Shown piece by piece: positions 12,877-26,159 of a stretch of 64,000 nucleotides of DNA; position 1 is the first letter of the stretch, and each line of letters begins with the position of its first letter. The position numbers and the translations under genes are program-made. Source of the DNA: Gekko japonicus (lineage: Eukaryota); the NCBI RefSeq assembly GCF_001447785.1, contig NW_015163094.1, forward strand, positions 767,990 through 831,989. Direction: 5' to 3'. The notes under the pieces were generated by a model. It saw only the letters and a program-made list of their open reading frames with translations, was not told the DNA's origin and searched no databases.

Positions 12877-13802
12877 CCTAGCATCTGTGGTATTTCATAG
12901 AGTTTGCCCTCTGAAGCCTTAATTTTCTACAAGGGAACTGATATCTGTTGTCTTTGTGACAATCCTGCCACACCCTGGATTCTCTCCCTCTCATCTACCT
13001 CTGCAACCAGCCAGTGGGCAGACAAAGGAGTCATAACCCCTCTAAGAGGCTGGGGGGCATCTTTTGTCCAAGGAAAACCAACCTTCCCTGTGGGAATCCC
13101 TTGCTGCTCCCCAACTCTCTTAAGAGTTTTGGGGGAAACTTCTCTGGTAGCTGCCACTAGAGGGGGGGGGGGAGAGAGAGTCCTTTTCAAGTTCCCCTCC
13201 ATAGGGTGTTAGAGGTGCTGGGCCCATCTGAGCTCTGGAAGCCTAATTCTGGAAGCCTGCTAGAATGTAGCAGCCAATGGTGTGCTACATCAGAAGGATT
13301 TGTTATTTTCACCTAAGGATGCAAAAACATATTGACTGGGGGCCAATGAGAACTTCCCAGCCTAGTTGTCTCCATCTCTTCAGTTGGTCTCTATACTTCT
13401 TAAGGTAGATAGCTACATCCATATCCTCTGTGTAAGTTCTGCATCTAGTGTAGGAACCTGTTAGCAAAAGCTCCCTTGCTAGATTAGACATCAAGTCAAG
13501 TGTACTTTATTTAGCTATGTGAGAAGGGGGAATATTCTGGTATCATGGGTTACTGGGAGTAGAAAGGTATTGTGTTTCTTTGGACTCTGTGTGAGTGGAG
13601 GGCAAATGCAACAGAGCAAAGGGACTGGATATGAAGGACTGATTCAGACTCCAATATATTTGACAGTGAACACTGCTTCTGCATGGTGTCACTCCATAAT
13701 GTTTGGTACCCCATGTCTTGATACTCCATCCTCCCTATGGGGCCAGCTGGGCAATTGCCCAGGGCTCTACAGTGGTAAGGGAACTCCCTTGGCTGGTAGC
13801 AG

Positions 13803-13892
13803 CAGGGGTCATTTCATAGAAAAAGAGGTGCAGGAGCTCATTAGCATAACTCATTTGCATATGCCACACCCCCTGACATCACCAGAAGTGTG
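13803..13892. mobile_element. End of hAT-like non-autonomous element carrying octamer-like motifs
   Basis: CAGGGGTCATTTCATAGAAAAAGAG...CTCATTAGCATAACTCATTTGCATATGC; a second copy lies at 40810-40890. Confidence 0.55.
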
Positions 13893-14420
13893 TCACGAGG
13901 CAACACCCACCGCTCAGGCTCCACTGGACTGTTGTGGATTGCTAGCTATTGGGGGGGGCCCGCAGATCTATCCTCGCAGAGGAGGGAGAGCTTGTACCTG
14001 AAGGCGGGCCTGGGGGGCTCTGCAACTTACCTGGCTGCTTCTTGCTCCTCATGGCCCAACTGAGGGCTACTGGGAGTAGGGGGTGGGTCTTGTTGCATGT
14101 GCCCGCCCCCTGGGCTCCTTACTGCCAGAGCTCTGCTCCTGTGCATTCCCTCAGGAAATGACCCCTGGGTAGCAGCGATAGGAAATGGTGGTGGAAAAAA
14201 AGAATCAAAACTCATGCATTTTTGAAAGGACAAACTGGGTGCTTTCATCGTGTTCTAAGTGGATTGGCTGGGAATAAAGTATGTGTGTCTAGGGAGGTAT
14301 CCTTGACTTTTGCCCAGGGCCCTGGAGTCAGTAAAACTGCCCCTGGAGAGAATCTTCATACTAGCATTGCGTATAGCTGGTGGCCACAGGTGCAAAATAC
14401 AGTACAACCTCTGAACACAT

Positions 14421-14650
14421 AAAAAGGTAAAGGTAAAGGTTCCCTTGCTCGAAAGCCAGTCGAGTCCGACTCTAGGGTTGCGGTGCTCATCTCCGTTTCA
14501 AAGCCGAAGAGCCAGTGCTGTCCGAAGACGTTTCCGTGGTCATGTGGCCAGCAAGACTAAACACCAAGGCACACGGAACGCTGTTACCTTCCCACTGAAG
14601 TAGTACCTATTTATCTACTTGCAGTTTCTTGCTTTCGAACTGCTAGGTTC
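14421..14650 (-). mobile_element. Sauria SINE (Squam1), 5'-truncated
   Basis: AAAGGTAAAGGT tail, GTCCGACTCTAGGG, GTCATGTGGCCAGC, TTACCTTCCC and TACCTATTTATCTACT; near-identical to 24183-24531. Confidence 0.9.
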
Positions 14651-14684
14651 GAAATATGCAATGACAAATAGATACTCCTGGTAT

Positions 14685-14915
14685 TTATTTATTTATTTAA
14701 TTCATTTCCACCCTGCCTCTCTCTCCAATGGGGACACAAAGTGGCTTACATTGTTCTCCTCCATTTGATCCTCACAACAGCCCTATGAGGCACATTAGGC
14801 TGAGAGAGTGTGACTGTTCCAAGGTCACCCAGTGAGCGTCCATGGCTCGAGTGGGGATGCGAGCCTGGACCTTCCAGATACTAGTAGTCTAACACACTTA
14901 ACCACTGCACTATGC
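14685..14915 (-). mobile_element. MIR/Squam3-type SINE
   Basis: CCTCACAACAGCCCTATGAGG...CAAGGTCACCCAG core with an ATTT-rich tail. Confidence 0.8.
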
Positions 14916-15235
14916 TGGATCTCAAACATTATCAAACACAATGTATGGAGGCATAAAATTTTTGAAAACCTGTATAAGGAACACCCATCACTACTAATTA
15001 AAACGACAAAGAGTCCCAAGTCTGCTATGATAGTATGAAGACATCCTCTACCCCAGTGGTCCCCCACTGCACCGTCCAAGGGGCTTTTCAGTGTTGTTGA
15101 ACAGTTCTGCCTCCTCTGTGGCACTGCAAGATACTTTGGAGAGCATCTCTCAGACCACACACTGGGACTCTAAGTACACGGCTGCCTGTAAATATGTCTC
15201 CAGTACTGCTTTAGCATTCCGTCATACAGGTTCCA

Positions 15236-15296
15236 TCATCTGCATGGCACTGGGGCACGTCCTTCGGCTTCCTTCTCCAACTGCATAGCCAAGAAC
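15236..15296 (-). other. Candidate terminal coding exon segment (unidentified)
   Basis: Acceptor-like TTTGCGTTTTGTAAG|G, locally CpG-retaining unique DNA, phase-compatible with candidate exon 17538-17722. No recognisable homology. Confidence 0.15.
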
Positions 15297-15892
15297 CTTA
15301 CAAAACGCAAATGTCAAAAACTGCAATTAACTGCACCACTGAAGCCAGAAGCCAAACTTTTTCAGCCAGCCTGACTAAATTCATCGTATTGGAAACAATT
15401 AGTGAAGAAAAACAAGTGTAGCACTGGCAACAGGGAGCCCCAACCTGAACAAATTAAAGGAGATTTGTAGAAATTATTTATAGAAGTGAGAGATAATGAA
15501 TTCTTTTGGAAAGGGGGGAAACTGCCCAAATCATCACCAAGACAGTTCTAATTGAATCTAAATTCTACAGAAGAATATATTTTCTTTCCCTCCATCTTCT
15601 TTCTACTTCTTCGGCAAGTTCGGTATTGGCAGAAATACTGCCAATTAAAACTTGTAAATTTTTCTTTGCTACAAACTAGAAAATATTGCAAGGCTATTAT
15701 TATAGCAGTCCTGAACCTGTGCCATAAAACTGATATCTGCCAAATGAAGTTGTCACAAACACCCAAATTTCAACATACCTGGAAGCTGTACTTGAGATAG
15801 TTGTGTTGGCATATTGTCTACATCACCAAGAAAACAGCCATTGGTATGTCCCATCTGAAAGATTCTGGTCTGTTGGCAGATATTACCAGTGT

Positions 15893-16748
15893 GAGAGCAA
15901 GTGTGGTATAGTAGTTAAGAGTGGCAGACTCCAATCTGGAGAACCGGGTTTGATTACCCACTCCTCCACTTGAAACCTGTTGGGTGACCTTGGGCCAGTC
16001 ACAGTTCTCTCAGAACGCTCTCTGCTCCACGTACCTCAAAAGATGACTGTTGAGGGGAGACGATAGGGTTGCCAGACCCCCAGTCTGGGTGGGGGTTCCC
16101 CCAATTTTTATGGTTTTAGCCCCACCCCCAAGCCCAACCACCCACGGTCACCCCTCTCCCTTCTCTTTAAACAGATTTAAAGAGCCCTCCAGCTGATCAG
16201 GGGGAACACATGGCCAACTGATGAGCTGGAGGGCCCTTTAAATTTTTCTGGAGAGAATGGAGAGAGGCAGCCGAGGCCCCACACCTGAGCTCCAAGTGGG
16301 GATTTGCCACTTAGAATTCAGGCATGGAGCCCCACTGCCCAGAAGCATTTAAAGGGTCCCTTTAAATGCGTCTGGGCAGCAGGGCTGGGCCTCCCCACAC
16401 CTGAATTACAAGCAGCATAGCCACTTAGAGTTCAGGTGCATGGCCAGCGGCTGTCCCTCTCCCTCCTCTCCTGCTGGAGGGCCCTTTAAATCTCGCAGGC
16501 GGGGAAGGAGAGGGGGTGGCCACAGGTGGCTGTTGTTGGGGGTGGGGCTTGGGGGCAGGAACATTCCCAATGTGATGTCATCATGTTGGGGACATCCCCA
16601 CTCCCTACCGGAACGCCTCCCAAAACCTCCTGCTGGGGAGAAGACTGGACCTGGCAATCCTAGGAGAGGAAGAGAAGGTGATTCTAAGCCATTTTGAGAT
16701 TCCTTGGGGCACAGAAAAGTGGGGTATAAAAACCAAGTCTTCTTCTAT
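15893..16748 (+). mobile_element. Squam3/MIR-type SINE split by a hAT element
   Basis: Head GAGAGCAAGTGTGGTATAGTAGTTAAGAG...GGGTTTGATTACCCACTCC; 3' part resumes at 16663 and ends GGGGTATAAAAACCAAGTCTTCTTCT. Confidence 0.85.
16064..16662. mobile_element. Non-autonomous hAT element, about 600 bp
   Basis: TIRs TAGGGTTGCCAG...CTGGCAATCCTA; TSD GGAGACGA/GGAGAGGA (7/8); internal repeated TTTAAA and CCACTTAGA(A/G)TTCAGG motifs. Confidence 0.85.
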
Positions 16749-17537
16749 TACGTTAAGGCCCCACATCTTAAGATCCTTGAGAGTGTCATTGAAGGCTTGT
16801 TCTGTCCTGCATTTGTACCAGGGTTGTTTTTTTTTTTTTTAATAAGCTCCTGCTGGTTTTATGTTGGTTGATTTCGGAATCTGAGGGATTTCTACATTTG
16901 TATCTGATACCTGCTTTATATTTTTGTTGCATTTTCTCTGACTTCGCTGCTCATTTTATCACTTCCTCTTGCTTTCAAACTGTTAGGATTCTTATAACCT
17001 TGTAGTCACAGATTATGCACTATATGGAGAGGCAGAGAATAAATATTTTAAATGAACTATACATATGTCTATTATTTTACTACTGTGATATATATCCAGA
17101 ACATATCTGCCTTCCAATCCCAGCATACACACACACCCCGATAAATCTGGGAAGCATTCCTTTCTTGGTAATACATATCTATGCCCATTCTTAAGTGACA
17201 CTGATGTAGGCCCATAAGCACCCCCTAAGATCAGGCAGTAAAAGATAATTTTTTTAAAAAATGTGAAAATGTTTTTGGCAGGGCACAGTGATTTGCCTTT
17301 TAAATATTTATTTGCCACTAGCTCATAACATTTTATCTGTTTGTCTGCTTTATGGTTCGTAGGCTTCACTTTGTCATATGCCCAGAAAGATGCGGTTCAT
17401 GAACACCATAAAACATTAATTTATTATTTTTTTGTTACGCACGCTTTCCACGCTTTCTCTGAGAATATCTAAAAGAGAATAGCGTTTTCGTATTTGCAGC
17501 TCATTAGGTGGGAAGACTGCACATGGTCATCTATTAC

Positions 17538-17722
17538 CTGTCACTGTGGGAATGTGTCTGCAGTGGTTCTAGGAGGTGCGCTGTTTCCATAGATTTGACT
17601 GTTATTTTGCAATAAAGCAATGATTTGGGAACTGATTTCAGAACATCTGCAAATGAGTGGGAGTCTGTTTGGTTAAAGCTATACATGCACAGAATTACGC
17701 ACATTGCCTGCATGTGGGCAAT
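17538..17722 (-). other. Candidate internal exon (185 nt, one open frame)
   Basis: Acceptor TGCTGTTTATTTCTCTACAG|, donor CAG|GTAATA, open frame IAHMQAMC...QTHSHSD. No recognisable homology. Confidence 0.2.
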
Positions 17723-19082
17723 CTGTAGAGAAATAAACAGCAATGCTGTTACAGGTGCTATGAATGATACTTTTTGTTCCAGCACTTCTTAAGATTCCTT
17801 GGCTTTTATAGAGATTGTCATAAAATGAATCTGGAGACAAAACGCTCCTTCCCGATAGAAAATCTCCACTCCTGGGACTTGCCTATAATCTGACACATGT
17901 GTGTGTGCGCGCGCGCGTGTATGTACACATGTATGTATGTAGTAGAACAGTCAACTCCTCCCCTAATATCTGTGTGATTTAGTTTGGTCCTATGGGATGG
18001 AGCTCTTGTTTCAGTTTTGTATGTTAACTGAAGTTGTTGGTTGTTGGATAAATAAATGACTATGTTTTGAGCAGCCTTGTAGCCAGAAATTTTTCATTCA
18101 GGGGCATTTAAACTCCTTAGGGGGTGGTGGCTAATTAAATTACCTTAGATTTAATTAATAGCGGAGGCAGGCGATGGGCCTGCCAGTGCCTGACACTCCC
18201 CCCCACACCCTTACCCCAGCCCACCCTCACCCTTCTCTTTCTCTTGGTTTCCCTCCACGGCTCCCTCCCTCCCTCCCTCAGTCCACTCATACTGACCTGT
18301 GCTGCCCAGTGGTGAGGAGGTGAGGCTGGGGCAGCACAGAGGAGGCAGGCAGGCAGGGCAGTGCCCCAGGCATCCTCCCAGGCATGAGAGCTGAGCTCCT
18401 CCGCCACCCCTGGCTTGGCCACACTAAAGCCCTGACGTCTGAAGGTGCCCTCATTGTCCTCTGGCTCATTGCCTCCCTCTCCTATTGCGCCCCCCCCGTA
18501 AGGTTTGCAGGAGGTGCCAGGCACACTCAACCATTTTTCATCAGTTTTGGATTCAGGAACATTATTTTGCAGTAGATAGTAGCACAGGGAGAGGAAGAAG
18601 TCAACCCTTTAGTCTTTCCCCCCTACAGTGGAAATGGCACTGGCACTCTACTATGTGTGTGTTGGGGGGGGATTAGGAGTAGCTGTCCCTCACTGCTGTC
18701 TGCTTGCATGGCAGCTCCAGCCCTCTCCAGAGGGAGAAGGGAGACCCTCCCCCCAAAGCCGATCCAAATGGGTGGCCCTTTGCAAGGGACGCAGGTGAAG
18801 TACCCTGAAGAAGCACAAAAGAGAAAGTGCACTCTTCCCCCCCCCTCCAAGGAGCATTTGCAGAAAGGGGGAGGGAAAAGACATACTTTTTGCAGCTTCC
18901 CCAGCTGGAAGGCATCACCTGGAATGGAGAAGGAGGAACATTGGGTGTGGGGGAGACCAGGCAGGAAATTCACCACCCGGCAGAACGAGAAGGAGAAAAG
19001 GGGAAAATTGGGGTGAGGTGGGAGATTGGGGTGGGGGTGTTGAAGATTCAATGGGGGCACCACCCACAGTGCCTGCTGCTGG

Positions 19083-19512
19083 TTACAGTCATGGTTTTGA
19101 GACAGCTTGTTTCTCCTGAATGGACCTGAGAATAGGTGCCTGAGTGAGTACTCTAACCTGGGAACCAACAGCCAAAGGGGGACTGTTGTGTACCCGGGGA
19201 AACCGAGCACGCGGTCGGGTCCGCATGTGGCCATGCAAATGGCCCAAGCTTTGCTTCCAGAGACAATAGCTTGAACGGATCCTTGGGCGCACCTATTGGA
19301 CGACTAGGATCCGAGAATTGACCTATGGGACTTGGGTGCACTGTAAATAGCCTATCACAGGTGTGGGTGTGTGTTTGGGCATGGTTTGATATGGGGATAT
19401 AACCCGGCCTCTGACCCGGCTACTCCATCTCAAGTTCTCCTATGTACGAATAAAGTATGAGCTGAAATCACTACGCTATGCCTCAGTCTCAGTACTTTAT
19501 AGGGACATTACA
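19083..19512 (+). mobile_element. Solo LTR-like element
   Basis: CpG-retaining segment with TATAA (19398), AATAAA (19449) and a CATTACA terminus. The 5' TG boundary and TSD are unclear. Confidence 0.55.
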
Positions 19513-19822
19513 GGTGCCTGTATGTTAACTTCAGTGGGGACAAAAAGCAGCTCCCTGAGCCTGTGGCCATTTCAAATTTGAAAAAATGTTGTGGAGTGGG
19601 AGGCTTAAACCCGTCCTTCTCTGGTTTCACTCCAAAAAGGGCCCCTCCATGTGCATGAGTTTTCAGGAAAATGCAAGGAATTCTGGTTCATGAAATTCCT
19701 ACCACTATGTGTAGTCAAGACTGCCTGAATGCCTCTTGAGTGTGAATCTGCTTGCAATAAAGCTGCCTGGCTGGCTGTAGCAAAGCTTCCTGTTTAGCAG
19801 CTGTATTAATGGGGCTGGAATT

Positions 19823-20022
19823 GGGGGTCATAGCTCAGTGGTAGAATATCTTGTTTGTATGCAAAAGATCCCATGTTCAATCCCAGCCGTATCCAGATAA
19901 AAAGATCAGATGGCGGGGATATGAAAGGCCTCCACATGAGACTCTGGAGAGCTGCTTCCAGTCTGAGTAGACAATACTGACCTTGATAGACCAAGGGAGT
20001 GACTCAGTATAAGGGGGCTTCA
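19823..20022 (+). mobile_element. tRNA-derived SINE with CR1-like tail
   Basis: TAGCTCAGTGGTAGA A box, GTTCAATCCC B box, AGTCTGAGTAGACAATACTGACCTTGAT core. Confidence 0.85.
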
Positions 20023-21890
20023 ATAATACGACTGGTATGTGTGAGTATGAGCAAGACAAAGTAAGATAATGGCATAGTTTGTGTTGGACCTGCTGGGATT
20101 CAGTATCTTTCACATGGGAAACATCCTCTAATTTTGTGCATGGTTGTGTGTGTGTTTGTTTTTAGTCACAGATAACCAGAACTATACGGTGAGAAGTATG
20201 GGCTATCTAATGGAACTGGTTGGCACCAGACCCAGGAGCTACTTATTAAATGGCTTCAAAATATAATTAAGGAAATGTATGGAGGAACTAACAATTTTTA
20301 AGAACAACAATATCGAAATAGAACATCCATGTTCAGAGGCAGTGTATCTTTGATGTTGGGAACAAACAAAAGGGAATAGCCATCATCTTCATGTCTTCCT
20401 TGTGAGTTTCAGTTTGGCTGTGACTGGCTACTGTTAGACAGAAAATTCTGGGCTAGATGGATCTTGTTTTAATCAAGAAAGACATACTCCTTAAAAGGAA
20501 TTAAAAAAAAAATTAGGAAAGACATTCTCTTTAAAAGGATTTTTTTTAAAAAACAAAAAAGACATCTGTTACAGAACGGACTTGGAAAATCCACAAATAT
20601 CTGCCTGCTACCTGATCATTATTGCCATAACAAATAATTTGAAAAGCTTCCATTGTTTGGACATGGGGTGTTATCCAGGAGAGTAAAGAGAAGTATTCCT
20701 CTTTGTTGTATAATGGTGAAGTAAACTCCATTCATACAAAATGTTGTTGTTGAATGTGATCTTAAAAATCAGGCAATTCATAGATGATTCCATGGAATGT
20801 ATATTCTGCAACAACAACAATAATAATCATAATCCCAACTTGACATCTATAGCTACATTTCTAACCTCCCACCTGTCCAAGTAGGCAGCAAAATGACAGA
20901 TGGAATCCAGTGGCTCTGTTTCTCATTGTTGTACTCCCAGTCCTCTTGCCTTTCTTATTAGATCACTTGTGCTGTTTGATTGTACTGTGGTACCATGTAA
21001 TCTGCCTTGAGTCAGAGTGAGAAAAGCAGGCTATGAATACAGTAAATAAATAATGTAAGTACAAGGTGATACGTATCTGCACTTGTAGCACAGCCAGTAT
21101 GTAGTCAACAAGATTTTCTCTTCTCCATTTGGTATTTTCCACCCACAGGTTTGTCTAGACGGTGCATGCAATGTTAATAAAGGCAGCTAAATCATAAAGA
21201 ACAGTCATAGTACTGCTGCTAAACATGCACGTAGTGAGCGGGAGAGAACCAGCACTGGCTACTGGTGCATTAGTCTCTAGCTTTGTTTCTAGCGCCCTGT
21301 GACTGCTTCCATGCCACTGATTTTTCCAAGCATTGTTTACATCTGTCCTCAGGATGTCTTAATTTACAGTAAACATTAAGAAACACAAAGGGGGTCAGGG
21401 TTTTTTTTGGTACAGTAGTAAGAGTCAAGGGGAGACACCTGTCTTCCCTGCTCACCTAGCAGGTGAAACAGCTCTAGATTGTGTTTACTGTAAACAACCA
21501 TCAAAGCAACTATAAAATGATATAAGCCAAGGTCACCTTTGATGACTTAGAGGTCTGGTGTGGACTGAATGGACTTGTTATGACATGTCAAAAAAGATCA
21601 GGAGGCCAGCTTAGGGTATGTGTGTGATGGCGTACCCAGTTTTTGTGGGTTATTTGTATTTCTTAAGGACAGATCTTTATTTCAAAATGAGGCATCCCAG
21701 TTATAGCAGGTTTTTTGTGACTCTGCCTTATATTGATCTATTAAAAGGGGTTGCTAAATGGACCATCCTTTAGGAGGCCTGGGGGCAGTTTTCCTCTCTC
21801 CCCAGATCACATATAAGTATTCTTTAGAAGCATTTGTGTCGTTGGCTTTTGGTGTATAAAAAGTAGCTCTGACAAGGATCTTAAAGCATA

Positions 21891-22795
21891 CTGCTTAGGG
21901 GCAATTTAATCTAAAATATGTACAAGACTAGACCTTTAAACCTCTGGAGTTCTGTTATACACACTCACCACAGCAATGACACCTGAGATAGTATCCCTGG
22001 GCTAAACACCAGTTTCCTGTCTTGCTATGGCCTAAAATTTTAGGCACACCAACTTTTCTGTTGCACAGTAATGGACAACCTCAGTTCCTTGTGTTGGGAT
22101 TTTCTGCTCTGTAGCATTTGTTAATTATATGTGGAGTTCTCTCTGCCATTTATGGACCCAACTTGTCACTGAATGGCGCTCACAGCCTGAACAGCAGATA
22201 AGCATTACAAAATTGTTCTCAAATGAAAGAGAAGATTTAACAGTGTGCTGACTGGTTGCTCATTAAAAAAAATAAGGGTGGAAAGGGGGCTTTGGGCATT
22301 ATGTGCCCCTGAAAATCCAAATGTACCCTTTGGGGCTGTTATTCCTGCTTTAGGGGCAATTTAATCTAAAATATGTACAAGACTAGACCTTTAAACCTCT
22401 GGAGTTCTGTTATACACACTCACCACAGCAATGACACCTGAGATAGTATCCCTGGGCTAAACACCAGTTTCCTGTCTTGCTATGGCCTAAAATTTTAGGC
22501 ACACCAACTTTTCTGTTGCACAGTAATGGACAACCTCAGTTCCTTGTGTTGGGATTTTCTGCTCTGTAGCATTTGTTAATTATATCTGGAGTTCTCTCTG
22601 CCATTTATGGACCCAACTTGTCACTGAATGGCACTCACAGCCTGAACAGCAGATAAGCATTACAAAATTGTTCTCAAATGAAAGAGAAGATTTAACAGTG
22701 TGCTGACTGGTTGCTCATTAAAAAAAATAAGGGTGGAAAGGGAGCTTTGGGCATTATGTGCCCCTGAAAATCCAAATGTACCCCTTGGGGCTGTT
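21891..22795. repeat. Tandem duplication, period about 454 bp
   Basis: 21891-22340 is repeated at 22345-22795 with 4 substitutions and 1 indel; ATTC at the junction. Confidence 0.95.
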
Positions 22796-23029
22796 TTTAC
22801 TGCTGCTCACAGTCACCTTGGTTTGCCCTCTCATCTTTACTGATTTCCTGGCACAATTTGCTTCTCCTGAACTATGTGATCCCAGCCAATCAGGAAATAC
22901 AAAATAAGTAGGTCATACCCTGTTACATTATAGGCCATCAGATCTGGCTACATACTATTACCGTTGAGAGAAATTCAAGTAGCCTTGCTCTCTTTTTTTG
23001 TGATTATTTTGTGTGTGCGCACGTGTATG

Positions 23030-23236
23030 TGCTTGTGAGTCTAGAAGTCACGGTGACTTCCGGTGACACCTAGAAGGGCTAGGATGTTTCAGAGAGGTGG
23101 CTTGATATTACCTGCTTCTGTGTCCCGGCCCTGGTATTCCTTAGAGGTCTCCCATCCAAGTACTTGCCAGGGTCGGCCTACCTAGCTTCCAAGATCTGGC
23201 GAGATTGGGCTTGCCTGGGCTATCCAGGTCCGGGCC
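23030..23236 (-). mobile_element. 5S rRNA-derived SINE (SINE3)
   Basis: Reverse complement has GATCTTGGAAGCTAGG (box A) and AGTACTTGGATGGGAGACC...GGAATACC (box C) of 5S rRNA, followed by a non-5S body. Confidence 0.85.
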
Positions 23237-24112
23237 AAGCAATCTTGCTGTTGTGGAATGGTCAAAATAGCCTGATGGCACTTTACGTCTCGCCACACTG
23301 CACTGCAGGAAAAAATGAAACCACGCCGTGCACTGTGGAAAGATTCAGAGTGTCACCCAGAGATTTAGCAACTAGAGGATCAGCTCCTTAACTACACTGT
23401 GTGGGTGATTTCATTGCCAAGCACACAAGAATTGCCAAGCACACAAGCACACAAGGCCTTTGTGCCTTGGCAAGATATCCCCACTGTAAGGGGAGGGGTT
23501 TCATTCCCTAACTTTAGTATGACAAAACAGAAAGTGCAGCAAGACCGTACTCTGTGTCTTACTGTGCTAAACTATAAGGGTCAATTAAATGTCCCTTACA
23601 CAGAATAATAATTATAATTATCATATGGCATTGTGTGTAGTATAGCCAGGAGATCCGGAGATTGTCTGGCAACCTTAAAATCTAGTTCATTAGCGTCATG
23701 CACCACTAGGTGGTGAGCTAGCTAGACTTGTTTTTTGTGCTGAGTGAGCTCTGAGAGAGTTGTTACTGACCCAGGGTCACCCAGCTGACTTTGTGTGGAG
23801 GAGTGCAGAATCAAACCTGGTTCTCCAGATTAGAGTCCATCACTCTTAACCGCTACACCTTACACAGAAACAGAGAAGAACAGAGAGCATTGTCCACTTT
23901 TGGGAACATGGGGATGTACTCCTCCCAACTCTACCCAGGAGAAAACTGTTTTACTTTTGAACTCATGTCCCTTCAAAAGTTCACCCAAAAGAGCCCTTCT
24001 CCCTATTTCAGCTTAGTCTTAGATTATACAATTGACACCCGATATGTTGGCTGTCTTCCAGACCAGGTGGATAGCTGTGGTTGAACTGTAAAGGGAATCT
24101 AATCTGGGAGAA

Positions 24113-24603
24113 TAGATCGTTTCAGAGGGCAGCCCTGTTGGTCTGCAGTAGAACAGCAGGATTCAAGTCCAGGAGCACCTTAAAAGGTAAAGGTTCCCTT
24201 GCTCAAAAGCCAGTCGAGTCCGACTCTAGGGTTGCAGTGCTCATCTCCGTTTCAAAACCAAAGAGCCAGCGCTGTCTGAAGACGTTTCTGTGGTCATATG
24301 GCCGGCATGACTAAACACCAAGGCGCACAGAACGCTGTTACCTTCCCACCGAAGTGGTACCTATTTATCTACTTGCAATTTCTTGCTTTCGAACTGCTAG
24401 GTTGGCAGGAGCTGGAACTAGAGATGGGAGCTCACTCCGTCATGTGGCAACTCGGGTCTTGAACTGCTGAACTACTGACCTTCCACAGCCTGCAGTTCAG
24501 CGTCTTAACCACTTGAGCCCCCGCAGCTCCTAGGAGCACCTTAGAGACCAACAAGGTTTTTGGAGTATAAACTTTGGAGAGTCAAAGCTCCTTTCATCTG
24601 ATA
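24113..24603. mobile_element. Penelope-like repeat fragment interrupted by a Sauria SINE
   Basis: GTTGGTCTGCAGTAGAACAGC...GCACCTTAGAGACCAACAAG...GAGAGTCAAAGCTCC; related piece at 27770-27860. Confidence 0.55.
24183..24531 (-). mobile_element. Full-length Sauria SINE with 12-bp TSD
   Basis: TSD AGGAGCACCTTA at 24171-24182 and 24532-24543; tRNA-like head at 24531 and ACCTTT-type tail. Confidence 0.93.
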
Positions 24604-24675
24604 GGATAGATAGAGTCTTTATTGTGTTTGGTGAGAAGCTTTAAATAATGTCCACATTTGGTCTAACTTTTTAAA

Positions 24676-25520
24676 ATTTTATTTATTTACACGATTTATA
24701 GTCCACCTTTGTTACTCTAAGTCAAGGCTGATCCCACAGAGTAAGTCAATGCAATCGACAGGGTGGGCCATCCAATAGTAGGACTTGGATTGCAGAACTC
24801 TGAAAAGTGAGCTGAAACCAAGCATAAGCATTAACATGATATGTTAGACAATGCAGAATTTACATACTGGGATCATACTTAGAGCAACAGACTGTATAAA
24901 CTGTACACAATGCTATAGTCCACAGTCTCTGTCTCTTTATCAAAGCATCTTTTTGAACCATTTCATTACAGTACAGCCCTATTAACTGCGTAAAGAAGCC
25001 CCCCTGAATAATTCGGTTTTGCATAGCTTGTGGAATGTCAGGAGAATGGGCCTTCCTGACCTCATCTGGAAGGATATTCCATAAGGTAGGAGCCAGGCAC
25101 AACAGAAAATTCATGTGTATGGGCAGCCAATTCCCCCCATTTGCAGGGTGGCACCTGCAGAAGGCCCTGATAGATGAGCAAAGCTGCTATGGCAGAGCAC
25201 AGAGGGAAAGGTATGAGAGACCAAGGGCATGAAGAGCCTTGTATGTGATAGCCAATACCTTGAATTGGACCTAGTAACTGATGGGCATTGCTGCCAATTG
25301 AGAGACTGGAGAATGGGGGTAATATGCATGTTCCTTCTAGCTCCTGATAATAACTGAATTCAGCCTTCTGCACCAACTAGAGTCTCCAAGCTGACTTTGA
25401 GGGGAGAGTTAAGTAGAGTGCATTACTGTTGTCTAATCTCTATGTTACTGTGGCATAGATGCAGGTAGCCATATTGGCTGTGAAGGTAGGGAACCATCTT
25501 CTGGGCTAAACTAAGTTGGA
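24676..25520 (-). mobile_element. L2 LINE 3' fragment
   Basis: ORF remnants HITPILQSLNW and APTLWNILPDEVR; AAAT-type tail at about 24680. Confidence 0.8.
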
Positions 25521-26159
25521 AGACATGTTGCTAAGTACCCTCATTTATGGATCTATGGATGCGGTGTGGATATCTTCCCTAGCACAGAAATATAAAGATT
25601 TACTGACATCTCAACCAGTTTTGTAATTTATCTTCGAACTGTCAGTTGGTTTCATTGTATCTGCTCTCTGAACTGCAGCATTGACATGGCTTTTGTGACT
25701 TTTTAGTTACTGAAATGATAACTGCAGTCTGTATTCTCTGGCTTGGAAGTAGATAGTAGTTCATGCTGCTGAGATTCATGCTGAGGGTTTAGCCAAAGGG
25801 TTGAGAGCAATTTGTCTTGTGTCCTCTTTCTGTTAGTTTGACAGTTCATACTGTTTACTATTTGTGGTAGGGAATTGGAGAGTAGCAGATGCCACCTTCC
25901 TATACAAGGATCACACTTAAATAGATCCCACCCACTAAAGGAATGTGTACAGCTGAGTAAGCAGACCTGTATGTTGCATACTAAATAATTAGGTAAGCTT
26001 GTTAAATGGAATGGTATTCTAACTAGGACAGTGAATTTTTAAAAATTAAAATCTATCTATCTATCTATCTGTCATCTATCTAAAATAAATAAATGCCACC
26101 TTTTCCTGGTCACAGTTCATGTAGCATGCTGCTGCCCTTGTTTGTGAGTTAAGCACCTA

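Noticed and set aside
12955-13550. LTR starting TGTGACA
   Set aside because: No matching CA end, TSD or consistent TATA/polyA order found; left unassigned.
18135-19341. Cluster of long overlapping ORFs up to 203 aa
   Set aside because: GC-rich low-complexity repeat interior plus an LTR-like segment; no domain motifs or convincing splice structure.
23128-23236. 5S rRNA gene (also 42440-42545)
   Set aside because: Divergent 5' end and a SINE body attached; these are 5S-derived SINEs.
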